From Methanothermobacter thermautotrophicus str. Delta H (GTDB taxonomy: Archaea > Methanobacteriota > Methanobacteria > Methanobacteriales > Methanothermobacteraceae): a stretch of 32,000 bases of DNA. Shown in pieces: positions 15,956-23,565 of the stretch (within the stretch, counting starts at the first letter, position 1; each line of letters opens with the position of its first letter). The translations under genes and the position numbers were made by a program. The stretch is from positions 990,001 through 1,022,000 of the forward strand of contig NC_000916.1 of NCBI RefSeq assembly GCF_000008645.1. Reading direction: 5' to 3'. Below the pieces are notes generated by a model. It saw only the letters and a list, made by a program, of their open reading frames with translations, searched no databases and was not told the DNA's origin.

Positions 15956-17751
15956 TATCTGCCTCCTAAAAATCCAGTTAGAAGTGCCGCTGCGTAAATA
16001 TCCCATGTATCATCATTCTGAAGGATCCTGTTAAATAGATAATTTTTGAGGCTGTGAAATGCCGCATTCTCCTGAATAAGAATCTTCAAGAGGTTGTTAA
16101 CGAAGAGGTACCTGTTGTTCCTCCTAAGGATTGATATTAGCTGATTTATGTTGTTCTCTCTGGTTCCTGGTGGTATGAGCTCCTGAATGTTTCTCCTTGC
16201 AGTATTCATTTCCCTGTAGGTCTCCTTTATCCTTAAAACGATTTCATCCATTCTGGCTGAAATTTGAAGTGGATCATTGAAGACCTCCGGTTCTTTACGG
16301 GAGAATATCTCAGAATCAATTGCAAGTGAATAAAGGAGGGGCTTGATTCCCATCTGCCCCGTCTTTCTGTTGGCCCTTAGTATGATATGCCTCATTATCA
16401 GTGGCTTTAGGGGCTTGTTCTGAATCAGGTTTTCAAGCAGCCATCTGTACTCAGACTGGCTAACATGTAGATTGTAGTTGATTGCATCCCTTATGACATC
16501 GTCAAGGAGTATTGACGCATGGATCTTTGAGATTCCTATGTACTCAACATCGACAAATCTCTGGGTCTGACTGTTAACATCCCGGTACTTTATGATATAC
16601 ATGTTCTCAAGGGCCCACGAAGATTTGAGTTCAATGAGTGAATCTATTATCTCCTGCCAGGTAACCCTCATAAGCACACTGTTTTCCTCTATCTTCGACT
16701 TTCTGAGTCTTAATTTCTTATTGACCCGGTATGTAATTTCAATGTCATTGGAGTAGAAGAGAACATAGCCTAATCTGTTAAAAAATTCAAAGGCCCTGTC
16801 AAATGATATTAGGTATACAAAGAGGTATTTGCTGAAACCTTTGAGGTGCTTGCTTGTTAGGGGCGTATAGTATGTATTCTTTGCCTTTTTGTAGGATGTT
16901 AAGAACTTGTTGATTGTTTTATCAACCCTTCTAAGCACATCCAGGTCATCAACTCTGAAGCTTATGATATCAAAGAGGCCCTGTTTCTGTTTCTGATGGG
17001 TCGTGGATTGCTGGAAGAATACAAAATTCTTATAGAACTTGTTATCAATGGGGATTCTGTAGAAAGAATCAAGATCCTCCGGGATGCTGCTGGTACCGAT
17101 GACATCCCGCAGCCACATGCCTTTAAGTAGCTCCCTGAACCTCAACAGATGATCCTTGTAGTCTCTGAATGACTCTGAAAATTCTTCAGAAATTTCCCTG
17201 AGATTCTCATCGGGTACTGAAAATATCCTGTCAATGTCATCAAACTTGAAGCCTTTGAATTTACGTTTAAAAATCTCTCCCAGTTCCTCTGAATTATTAT
17301 CAATTAAATTTTTCTCGAGTTCCTTTACCTTCAGCGCAAGATTCTTCACATCGTCTGGTAATTTATCAGGAACTTTCTTCTTGAATATTGTTGATTCTGT
17401 CTTATTTTCAATCCAGAGGTCCATAGCTGCCCTTGTGATGTAACTGTTCCATGTGAACTCAAATATTTCATCTGGTGAATCAAATTCAGAATCGAAAAGT
17501 GCTTTTATGAATTCATTTATCAGTTCGCTGGAAACCCTTGATTTGGACTTTCTGTTTATCTCGCTGCACAGGTATGCGAAGGGGAAAAGTCCATAGTAGA
17601 GTAGTTTCTCATTTTCTGAAATTTCACGAATTTTATGGATATCAAATCCATAAATGTCCTCGATTATAAATATGAATCCAAGAATACCTGAATCAACGAA
17701 CCAGTTCCCTGTGAATTCAAGGCCTGAAGTGCGTCTGAATTCGTAGATCAT
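15955..17751 (-). CDS. cas8b: Cas8b (type I-B large subunit)
   Basis: This 598-aa Lys/Asn/Ile-rich ORF sits immediately after cas6 and before cas7-cas5-cas3. The N-terminus reads FTGNWFVDSGILGF. The call is based mainly on position and size. Confidence 0.8.
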   Translation of the reverse strand: MIYEFRRTSGLEFTGNWFVDSGILGFIFIIEDIYGFDIHKIREISENEKLLYYGLFPFAYLCSEINRKSKSRVSSELINEFIKALFDSEFDSPDEIFEFTWNSYITRAAMDLWIENKTESTIFKKKVPDKLPDDVKNLALKVKELEKNLIDNNSEELGEIFKRKFKGFKFDDIDRIFSVPDENLREISEEFSESFRDYKDHLLRFRELLKGMWLRDVIGTSSIPEDLDSFYRIPIDNKFYKNFVFFQQSTTHQKQKQGLFDIISFRVDDLDVLRRVDKTINKFLTSYKKAKNTYYTPLTSKHLKGFSKYLFVYLISFDRAFEFFNRLGYVLFYSNDIEITYRVNKKLRLRKSKIEENSVLMRVTWQEIIDSLIELKSSWALENMYIIKYRDVNSQTQRFVDVEYIGISKIHASILLDDVIRDAINYNLHVSQSEYRWLLENLIQNKPLKPLIMRHIILRANRKTGQMGIKPLLYSLAIDSEIFSRKEPEVFNDPLQISARMDEIVLRIKETYREMNTARRNIQELIPPGTRENNINQLISILRRNNRYLFVNNLLKILIQENAAFHSLKNYLFNRILQNDDTWDIYAAALLTGFLGGR

Positions 17752-18485
17752 GATGTAACCACCATACCAAAACCCATACTGTTCTTTTCACCAAAGCCAC
17801 AGTCATATCCAAACTCTATTAAACGGGGATCCCCCTCTACCCTGAACTTCATGTGATAGGCCCTGTGGTATGTCTCAGCGCCCTCCTTGGGTATCATTAT
17901 CCTTTTCCTCTTTATTGAGCGCTGATAGGGTACCAGTCTGAGGTACTCGTCGCCATCATAGTCACCATAAAACTCCCGGTACTTCCTCACAAGGTTATTC
18001 TGCAGGTTCTCATAGAATTTGAGGTCATTGGGGTTAACGTCCCACTGCTTCAGGACCCCATCCTCCTCCCTAACAGTCTTTATTATTATCGGGGAGAGTG
18101 TCCTGAACTTCATGTTTCTCCTGAATTCAGGTGGCTCCAGGAACTCCACGTACTCGACGTTTACACTTCTCCTTAGAAAATCAATCTCTGGCCTGTCGAT
18201 GAATCCCTCCACCAGGCTCTTGATCAGTTCCGTGTTTGGTGATGATATGAAGAAGTGGAATCTGCCGTCCTCTGAGAGAAGAAAGTTCTTGAAGGCCTTC
18301 CTGCGGGGTATGCTGATCTGTGAGAAGGTGAAAAACTTGAATCCATCTGCACCATGCAGCTGACTTGCAAGTTCCAGGTCAGCTATCCTGCGGTATATTA
18401 TCGCGGACAGTACATGGTTGTAGTTGTACTGAATCTTGAATGGCCTAATGTCTGATTTCAGCTCTATCTTGATTCTTAATTCAAT
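17748..18485 (-). CDS. cas6: Cas6 crRNA endoribonuclease, with the 5' end unresolved (no canonical start codon)
   Basis: The C-terminal G-rich loop reads GFGEKNSMGFGMV. The same frame stays open upstream of the track start (GTG 18212) and encodes RIKIELKSDIRPFKIQYNYNHVLSAIIYRRI..., a Cas6 N-terminal RRM. See findings. Confidence 0.85.
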   Translation of the reverse strand: MELRIKIELKSDIRPFKIQYNYNHVLSAIIYRRIADLELASQLHGADGFKFFTFSQISIPRRKAFKNFLLSEDGRFHFFISSPNTELIKSLVEGFIDRPEIDFLRRSVNVEYVEFLEPPEFRRNMKFRTLSPIIIKTVREEDGVLKQWDVNPNDLKFYENLQNNLVRKYREFYGDYDGDEYLRLVPYQRSIKRKRIMIPKEGAETYHRAYHMKFRVEGDPRLIEFGYDCGFGEKNSMGFGMVVTS

Positions 18486-18503
18486 ACCCCCTACATAATG
18501 TCA

Positions 18504-18560
18504 ATGACTAATGTTGACATTATTGTATATAAATTTATCTATTTTTGTTTAGCTAATAAT
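18504..18560 (-). promoter_or_regulatory. Candidate promoter of the type I-B cas operon
   Basis: A consensus methanogen TATA box, TTTATATA, lies on the minus strand at 18526-18533. This places the expected TSS near 18500, just upstream of the cas6 open frame. Confidence 0.5.
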
Positions 18561-18705
18561 ATCTCACAGATAACTCAATTCCCGCATTATTTTAAAAATG
18601 TGCTAAACCCTTCAACCTTAAAAAGAATAATATAATATTATCCTGGGAATTTGATGGCCTCTTTATGCGCAGCCCCTCTGTCTCCCCCTAAATGACCTCC
18701 TGGAT

Positions 18706-19479
18706 CTACATGAGGTTCTGCTCCTTCCTGTTGAAGAGGAAGGCTGCGATGAGTACCGCTATCACCGCAAAGATGGTTATCACCAGGAGGTTAACCTCAA
18801 GGGGGAGCACAGATCTTCTGAGTATTGTGAACCTGAGGGCATCCACTGCATAGGTGAGGGGGTTGATGTACACCGCGCCCTGAAGCCATGCTGGAAGCCC
18901 TGTTATCGGGAAGAGGGCCCCGCTCAGGAGGAATATGGGGAGCACTATGAAGCTCATTATGAGGTTGAATCCCTCCATGCTGTCGGTGAAGGCTGCTATC
19001 ACCAGTCCGAGGCCCCCGAGGCCCATGGAGATTATGAGGGCTATCACCATGCTCACAATAAAGCACTGGGGTGACATGGTGATTCCGACTATGAATGACA
19101 GGGCAAGGAGTATTGCTGCCTGTATCATTGAGGCCGTGCTTATACCCAGCGCCTTTCCAACCACCATTGACTCCCTTGAGATGGGTGCCACCAGGATCTC
19201 CTTCAGGAACCCGTACTGCCTGTCAATTATCACCGAGACCCCCGAGAATATGCTGGTGAAGAGCACTGTCTGGCCTATTATACCCGGGTATATGAATGCC
19301 TTGTAGCCCCCAGGGACTCCCCCGAATCTGACCGCGGCCCCCAGCCCTGTCCCGAATATTATGAGCCAGAGGAGGGGTGTGACTATTGATGTGACTATCC
19401 TTGACCTGTACCTGAAGAACCTCTTCATTTCACGGAGCCATATCGTGTATATACCTTCAATTTCAGCCATCCAGATCAC
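18706..19479 (-). CDS. ABC-2 type transporter permease
   Basis: This 257-aa polytopic membrane protein (about 6 hydrophobic segments) has a GTG start that overlaps the stop of the upstream ATPase (GTGA). Confidence 0.8.
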   Translation of the reverse strand: MIWMAEIEGIYTIWLREMKRFFRYRSRIVTSIVTPLLWLIIFGTGLGAAVRFGGVPGGYKAFIYPGIIGQTVLFTSIFSGVSVIIDRQYGFLKEILVAPISRESMVVGKALGISTASMIQAAILLALSFIVGITMSPQCFIVSMVIALIISMGLGGLGLVIAAFTDSMEGFNLIMSFIVLPIFLLSGALFPITGLPAWLQGAVYINPLTYAVDALRFTILRRSVLPLEVNLLVITIFAVIAVLIAAFLFNRKEQNLM

Positions 19480-20414
19480 GCCTCACTTATTCCCCTGCCT
19501 GTGTACTTTATGAATACGTCCTCAAGGGTGGGGTGTTCGAGTTCCACTGCCCTCACATAGTAGTTGTTCCTGGCTGCCAGGTTAACTATCTCAGGGACCA
19601 GGTTCTCCCCCCTCTCAACCAGCACCTTAACCTCATCATCCATCAGGTATGCCTCCTTGACGTAGTCCTGTTTCTCAAGGATTTCATGGAATCCCCTGGC
19701 CCTGTCAACCCTGACGGTTATGGTGTCAGCGCCGAGCTCCCTTTTGAGGTTCCCTGGACTGTCGGCCTTTATTATCTCACCGTGGCTCATTATGGCCACC
19801 TCGTCGCAGAGCTTATCTGCCTCCTCCATGTAATGGGTTGTCAGGAGCACTGTGACGTCCTCCTCCCTGTTGAGCTTCTCTATGTACCTCCATATGCTCT
19901 CCCTTGTCTGGGGGTCGAGTCCCAGGGTTGGCTCGTCCAGGAAGAGCACCCTTGGGTGGTGTATGAGGCCCCGCCCTATCTCCAGGCGCCTCTTCATACC
20001 CCCGGAGTAGGTCTTCACGTACTCGTCTGCCTTGTCCCCGAGGGCTATGAGTTCAAGTACCTCCTCTATCCTCCTATCCCTTACATCGCGGGGTACGCCG
20101 TAGAGGGCGGCGTGCATCTCCAGGTGCTCCCTCCCTGTGAGTATATCGTCGAGGGCCCTTGACTGGAAGACTATCCCTATGGATTCCCGGACCTTCCTCG
20201 CATCCCTGACTATGTCGTAGCCGTTGACGGTACCCCTGCCCCCTGTGGGGCGTAGTATTGTGCACAGCATGGAGATCAGTGTTGTTTTACCTGCCCCGTT
20301 GGGTCCCAGGACCCCGTAGATGGATCCCTCCGGTACCCTGAGGTTCACCCCCTTAACCGCAAGGAATTCATCATACTTCTTTTTTATATCCTCTGTCTCG
20401 ATTATGTGATCCAT
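19476..20414 (-). CDS. ABC transporter ATP-binding protein (DrrA/NatA-like exporter type)
   Basis: Walker A is GPNGAGKTT, the signature motif is YSGGMKRRLEI and Walker B is LFLDEPTLGLD. It is 312 aa with a C-terminal extension. Confidence 0.92.
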   Translation of the reverse strand: MDHIIETEDIKKKYDEFLAVKGVNLRVPEGSIYGVLGPNGAGKTTLISMLCTILRPTGGRGTVNGYDIVRDARKVRESIGIVFQSRALDDILTGREHLEMHAALYGVPRDVRDRRIEEVLELIALGDKADEYVKTYSGGMKRRLEIGRGLIHHPRVLFLDEPTLGLDPQTRESIWRYIEKLNREEDVTVLLTTHYMEEADKLCDEVAIMSHGEIIKADSPGNLKRELGADTITVRVDRARGFHEILEKQDYVKEAYLMDDEVKVLVERGENLVPEIVNLAARNNYYVRAVELEHPTLEDVFIKYTGRGISEA

Positions 20415-20510
20415 CCAAATCCTCCGCGACCCTGAAGCATCGGGTATTATGGTTAGATTTTTATCCCTGATAGTATAAATTGTTATAGTGATGCTGTGGA
20501 GGGTGCATGA

Positions 20511-21923
20511 ATGGATTTTGAGAACATTGAGAAGGCCCCTACCGGAATAAAGGGCCTTGATATGATTACTGAGGGTGGTTTTCCAAGGGGTCGTAACACG
20601 CTGATATATGGGGGTCCCGGGACAGGGAAGACTTTCATTGCAATGGAGTTCCTGCTTAAGGGTGCATCGGTCTATGGAGAGCCCGGTGTCATGGTGAGCT
20701 TCGATGAAGCCATGGAAAACCTCATTGAGAACTTCAGATCATCGGACAGGCTTCTTGAAAGGCTTATTGATGAGGGCCTGCTCTTCATAGAGGATGCTTC
20801 CAGGGGTATGGACCCGGATGCGGGGTCCTACAGCCTTGAGGCCCTGAAGCTCCGGCTTGAGGATGCCATAAGGAGGACAGGTGCCAGGCGGGTGGTCCTG
20901 GATAAGGTAGATAATCTCTTTGATGGCACTGAAAGGCAGGGAATGATTGGCTTCGAACTCAGGGAACTCATAAGGTGGCTGAATGGCATGGGGGTTACCA
21001 GCGTATTCACCTCAGGGGATTATGGTGGTTCCCCAACCCATAGGCTTGAGGAGTACATATCCGACTGTGTTATCCACCTGACACACACCTTTGAGGGACA
21101 GGTGGGTACAAGGCACCTGAGGATAGTGAAGTACCGTGGATCAGGCCACGGCCTGAACAGGTACCCCTTCATTATAACCCGGCGCGGTGCATCCATATTC
21201 CCCATCACCTCCATCAGCCTTGATTACAGTGTGAGCAGGGAACTTGTATCAACAGGAATCCCTACCCTGGATGAGATGCTCGGTGGGGGCGTGTACAGGG
21301 GGTCAGCAGTGCTCGTATCAGGTACCACCGGGGCCGGTAAGACCAGCCTGCTCTCGAAGTTTGCCTATGAGTCATGCAGGAGGGGGGAGAGGTGCCTATT
21401 CTTTTCCAATGAGGAACCCGCTGACCAGATAGTCCGCAACATGGAATCCATAGGCATCAAACTTGGTGAGTTCCTGGGCGATAAGCTACTCATACACTCT
21501 GACCGCCCCACATCCCTTGGCCTTGAGGCCCACCTCACATACATGCAGGACCTTATCATGGACTTCAACCCGGACAGTGTTCTGGTCGACCCGGTCACCG
21601 GGCTGGCAGGGGCTGGTGGGAGCCCTGAAACCCGGAATGAGAATGCTAAGCACCTCTTCATAAGGTTAACGGATTTCCTCAAAGGCAGGGGGATCACCTC
21701 AATATTCAGCTATCTGATAGCCTCGCCCTTCACCGCGACAACGACTGAGCTTAAACTCTCCTCCCTGATAGACACCTGGATCGTCCTTGAGAGCATCCGG
21801 GCCAACGGAGAGTACCGGAGGTCCCTCAGGATACTCAAGAGCAGGGGTATGAACCATTCAAGCAGCGTCGCCGAGGTCAGATTCACAGACAGGGGTATAC
21901 TCATCAAGGGGGGCTCCTGGTGA
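20511..21923 (+). CDS. kaiC: KaiC-like double-domain RecA-superfamily ATPase
   Basis: The 470-aa ORF has two Walker A motifs (GGPGTGKT and GTTGAGKT). Acidic pairs follow each domain core (SFDE, SNEE). The C-terminal block LSSLIDTWIVLESIRANGEYRRSLRILKSRG resembles the cyanobacterial KaiC phospho-site region. A KaiB gene follows directly. Confidence 0.85.
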   Translation: MDFENIEKAPTGIKGLDMITEGGFPRGRNTLIYGGPGTGKTFIAMEFLLKGASVYGEPGVMVSFDEAMENLIENFRSSDRLLERLIDEGLLFIEDASRGMDPDAGSYSLEALKLRLEDAIRRTGARRVVLDKVDNLFDGTERQGMIGFELRELIRWLNGMGVTSVFTSGDYGGSPTHRLEEYISDCVIHLTHTFEGQVGTRHLRIVKYRGSGHGLNRYPFIITRRGASIFPITSISLDYSVSRELVSTGIPTLDEMLGGGVYRGSAVLVSGTTGAGKTSLLSKFAYESCRRGERCLFFSNEEPADQIVRNMESIGIKLGEFLGDKLLIHSDRPTSLGLEAHLTYMQDLIMDFNPDSVLVDPVTGLAGAGGSPETRNENAKHLFIRLTDFLKGRGITSIFSYLIASPFTATTTELKLSSLIDTWIVLESIRANGEYRRSLRILKSRGMNHSSSVAEVRFTDRGILIKGGSW

Positions 21924-21932
21924 AGGCTGGGG

Positions 21933-22187
21933 GTGTTATCTGATGATAAGGCTGCGCTCTATGTAACCGGGGATAGCCTCTCAGAGAGGGCCCTTGAAAA
22001 CCTCATGGATGTCATTGATGATAGGGTGGAACTGGAGGTTGTGAACGTCCTGGAGAAACCCTGGCTTGCAAGGGAGAGGGGTATAATAGCGATCCCCACC
22101 CTTGAGAGGCTCAACCCGGGGCCTGAGAGGAGGGTTATAGGGGATCTTTCCGATGCAGATGCGCTGAGGAGGTTCCTTGGAATCTGA
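21933..22187 (+). CDS. kaiB: KaiB (thioredoxin-like fold)
   Basis: The 84-aa ORF reads LYVTGDSLSERALENL...VVNVLEKPWLARERGIIAIPTLERLNPGPERRVIGDLSD. This matches the KaiB hallmark LYVAG...ALxNL...VIDVLxxPxLAExxxIxATPTL...RRIIGDLSD. Its GTG start lies 9 nt after the kaiC stop. Confidence 0.88.
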   Translation: MLSDDKAALYVTGDSLSERALENLMDVIDDRVELEVVNVLEKPWLARERGIIAIPTLERLNPGPERRVIGDLSDADALRRFLGI

Positions 22188-22197
22188 GGTGGATGCC

Positions 22198-22785
22198 ATG
22201 GAGGGGAATCTCAGGAAGTTCAGGGATCTGCTCAGGGAGATATCATGTCATAGGAGCATGGAGTCCCTCATCAGGGACATGAGGGCAGGGGACCATATAT
22301 GCCTAATATATGATGGTGATGATGAGTGGAGGGGTGCCGTTGTCCCCTTCATTGTTGAAGGCCTCCGGAGGGGTGTGGACCCTGTGAGGAGGTCCCTGAT
22401 ACGGCTGGGATACGATAACATGGCAGGATACCTTGCAGGTGGATTCCCCTCCTGGTACATGGCTGGACTTGAAATCATGAAAATGAGGGCCATCAGTGTC
22501 CATGAGTTAAGGGAGATGGAGGGTGACTTCTTCCTCCTGGACGTCCGTAAGATAACAGACAGGGAGAGGTTCCACATTGAGGGCTCAGAGCACATCTGGG
22601 TTGGTGATCTGCCAGATAACCTTGATTTGATCCCAGAGAAGGATGTTGTCATCTACTGTGACTCCGGTTACAAGTCAACCATTGCTGCGAGCATACTTGA
22701 AGGCCATGGTTTCAATGTGACCACCGTCCTTGGCGGTATCGGGGCCTGGCTGAGGGCAGGATACCCTGTAGCCGGTGATGTTTAA
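22198..22785 (+). CDS. Chimeric protein: an N-terminal MEDS-domain fragment, the tail of one rhodanese domain, and one complete rhodanese domain
   Basis: GDHICLIYDGDDEWRGAVVPFIVEGLRRG matches the MEDS N-terminal signature. LGYDNMAGYLAGGFPSWYMAGLEI parallels the end of the complete C-terminal rhodanese domain (HGFNVTTVLGGIGAWLRAGYPV). The active-site loop is CDSGYKS. ATG 22198 has the SD GAGGTGG 5 nt upstream, whereas the track start is TTG 22177. Confidence 0.7.
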   Translation: MEGNLRKFRDLLREISCHRSMESLIRDMRAGDHICLIYDGDDEWRGAVVPFIVEGLRRGVDPVRRSLIRLGYDNMAGYLAGGFPSWYMAGLEIMKMRAISVHELREMEGDFFLLDVRKITDRERFHIEGSEHIWVGDLPDNLDLIPEKDVVIYCDSGYKSTIAASILEGHGFNVTTVLGGIGAWLRAGYPVAGDV

Positions 22786-22819
22786 GTTTTAATGGATAAC
22801 TGAATATGGAGGAAAAAGG

Positions 22820-23296
22820 ATGAGTATTGTTAAGATACCCCTGATGACAAAGGAAGAGTATGATGAGTTCATAGCAGAGAACTTCATAAGCAGGATAGCC
22901 TTCAACGGTGACTATCCATACATAGCCCCATTTCTCTATGTATTTGATGGGGAACACCTCTACTTCCTATCAACGAGGTACGGCAGGAAGATAGAGCTCC
23001 TCAAGAGGAACCCCTACGTCGCTGTTGAAATCGAACACTACAGTGATGACCTTTCAGAGTATCGCTTCGTTACACTGCAGGGCCAGATAGTTGAGGAGAA
23101 TGACCCCTCAACAAAGAGGCGTGTGAAGGAGATGTTCGCTGACCTCATAGAGAAGCGGGGGCTCTCAAGGAACATCCTCAGGGCTCTGGGGCATTCACCA
23201 GAGGACCCACTCAACTGTCTTGTGGAGATGGACCGATCCTATGTCTGGAAACTCGTTGAAGTGGTTGATATAGTCGGGATAAAGGGTGGTGAATGA
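22820..23296 (+). CDS. Pyridoxamine 5'-phosphate oxidase-like FMN-binding split-barrel protein
   Basis: This 158-aa ORF has the pattern ISRIAFNGDYPYIAPFLYVFDGEHLYFLSTRYGRKIELLKRNPYVAVEIE, typical of the PNPOx-like family. Its SD is GGAGGAAAAAGG. Confidence 0.7.
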   Translation: MSIVKIPLMTKEEYDEFIAENFISRIAFNGDYPYIAPFLYVFDGEHLYFLSTRYGRKIELLKRNPYVAVEIEHYSDDLSEYRFVTLQGQIVEENDPSTKRRVKEMFADLIEKRGLSRNILRALGHSPEDPLNCLVEMDRSYVWKLVEVVDIVGIKGGE

Positions 23297-23465
23297 ATTC
23301 AATGGTTCCAGGTCGTTTCAGGATCCACAAATCAACCATAAAACAGTTATAAAGAAATTCAATGGTTCCAGGTGGTTAACCACCCGGAACAGGTTAGGGG
23401 GATGAAAATTAGAAAAAGGGTTAGGGTGGTTTTGAAGGAGTTTAAATGAAGGTTGGGGGGATGAA
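23296..23465. repeat. Two pairs of direct repeats with roughly 60-bp spacing, plus a 14-bp perfect palindrome, in a convergent intergenic region
   Basis: AATTCAATGGTTCCAGGT occurs at 23296-23313 and 23356-23373. AGGTT(A/G)GGGGGATGAA occurs at 23391-23406 and 23450-23465. The palindrome GGTGGTTAACCACC lies at 23371-23384. Confidence 0.85.
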
Positions 23466-23565
23466 CATCTACCTCCTTCACCTACCCTGCTCTCTTCTAA
23501 CAATTCACATACACTAAATCTTTTTTGTGAATATATTCACTGTGGCCAGTTACTTTGTGATCACC

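Noticed and set aside
19533-20162. 209-aa plus-strand ORF
   Set aside because: It is antisense to the ABC ATPase, whose frame has the Walker A, signature and Walker B motifs. This is a typical shadow ORF in GC-richer DNA.
23418-23429. Telomere-like GGGTTAGGGTGG and neighbouring G-tracts as a G-quadruplex
   Set aside because: The G-runs are few, the loops would be long, and this is a thermophile-type genome. The sequence alone does not support it. It is retained only as part of the repeat description.
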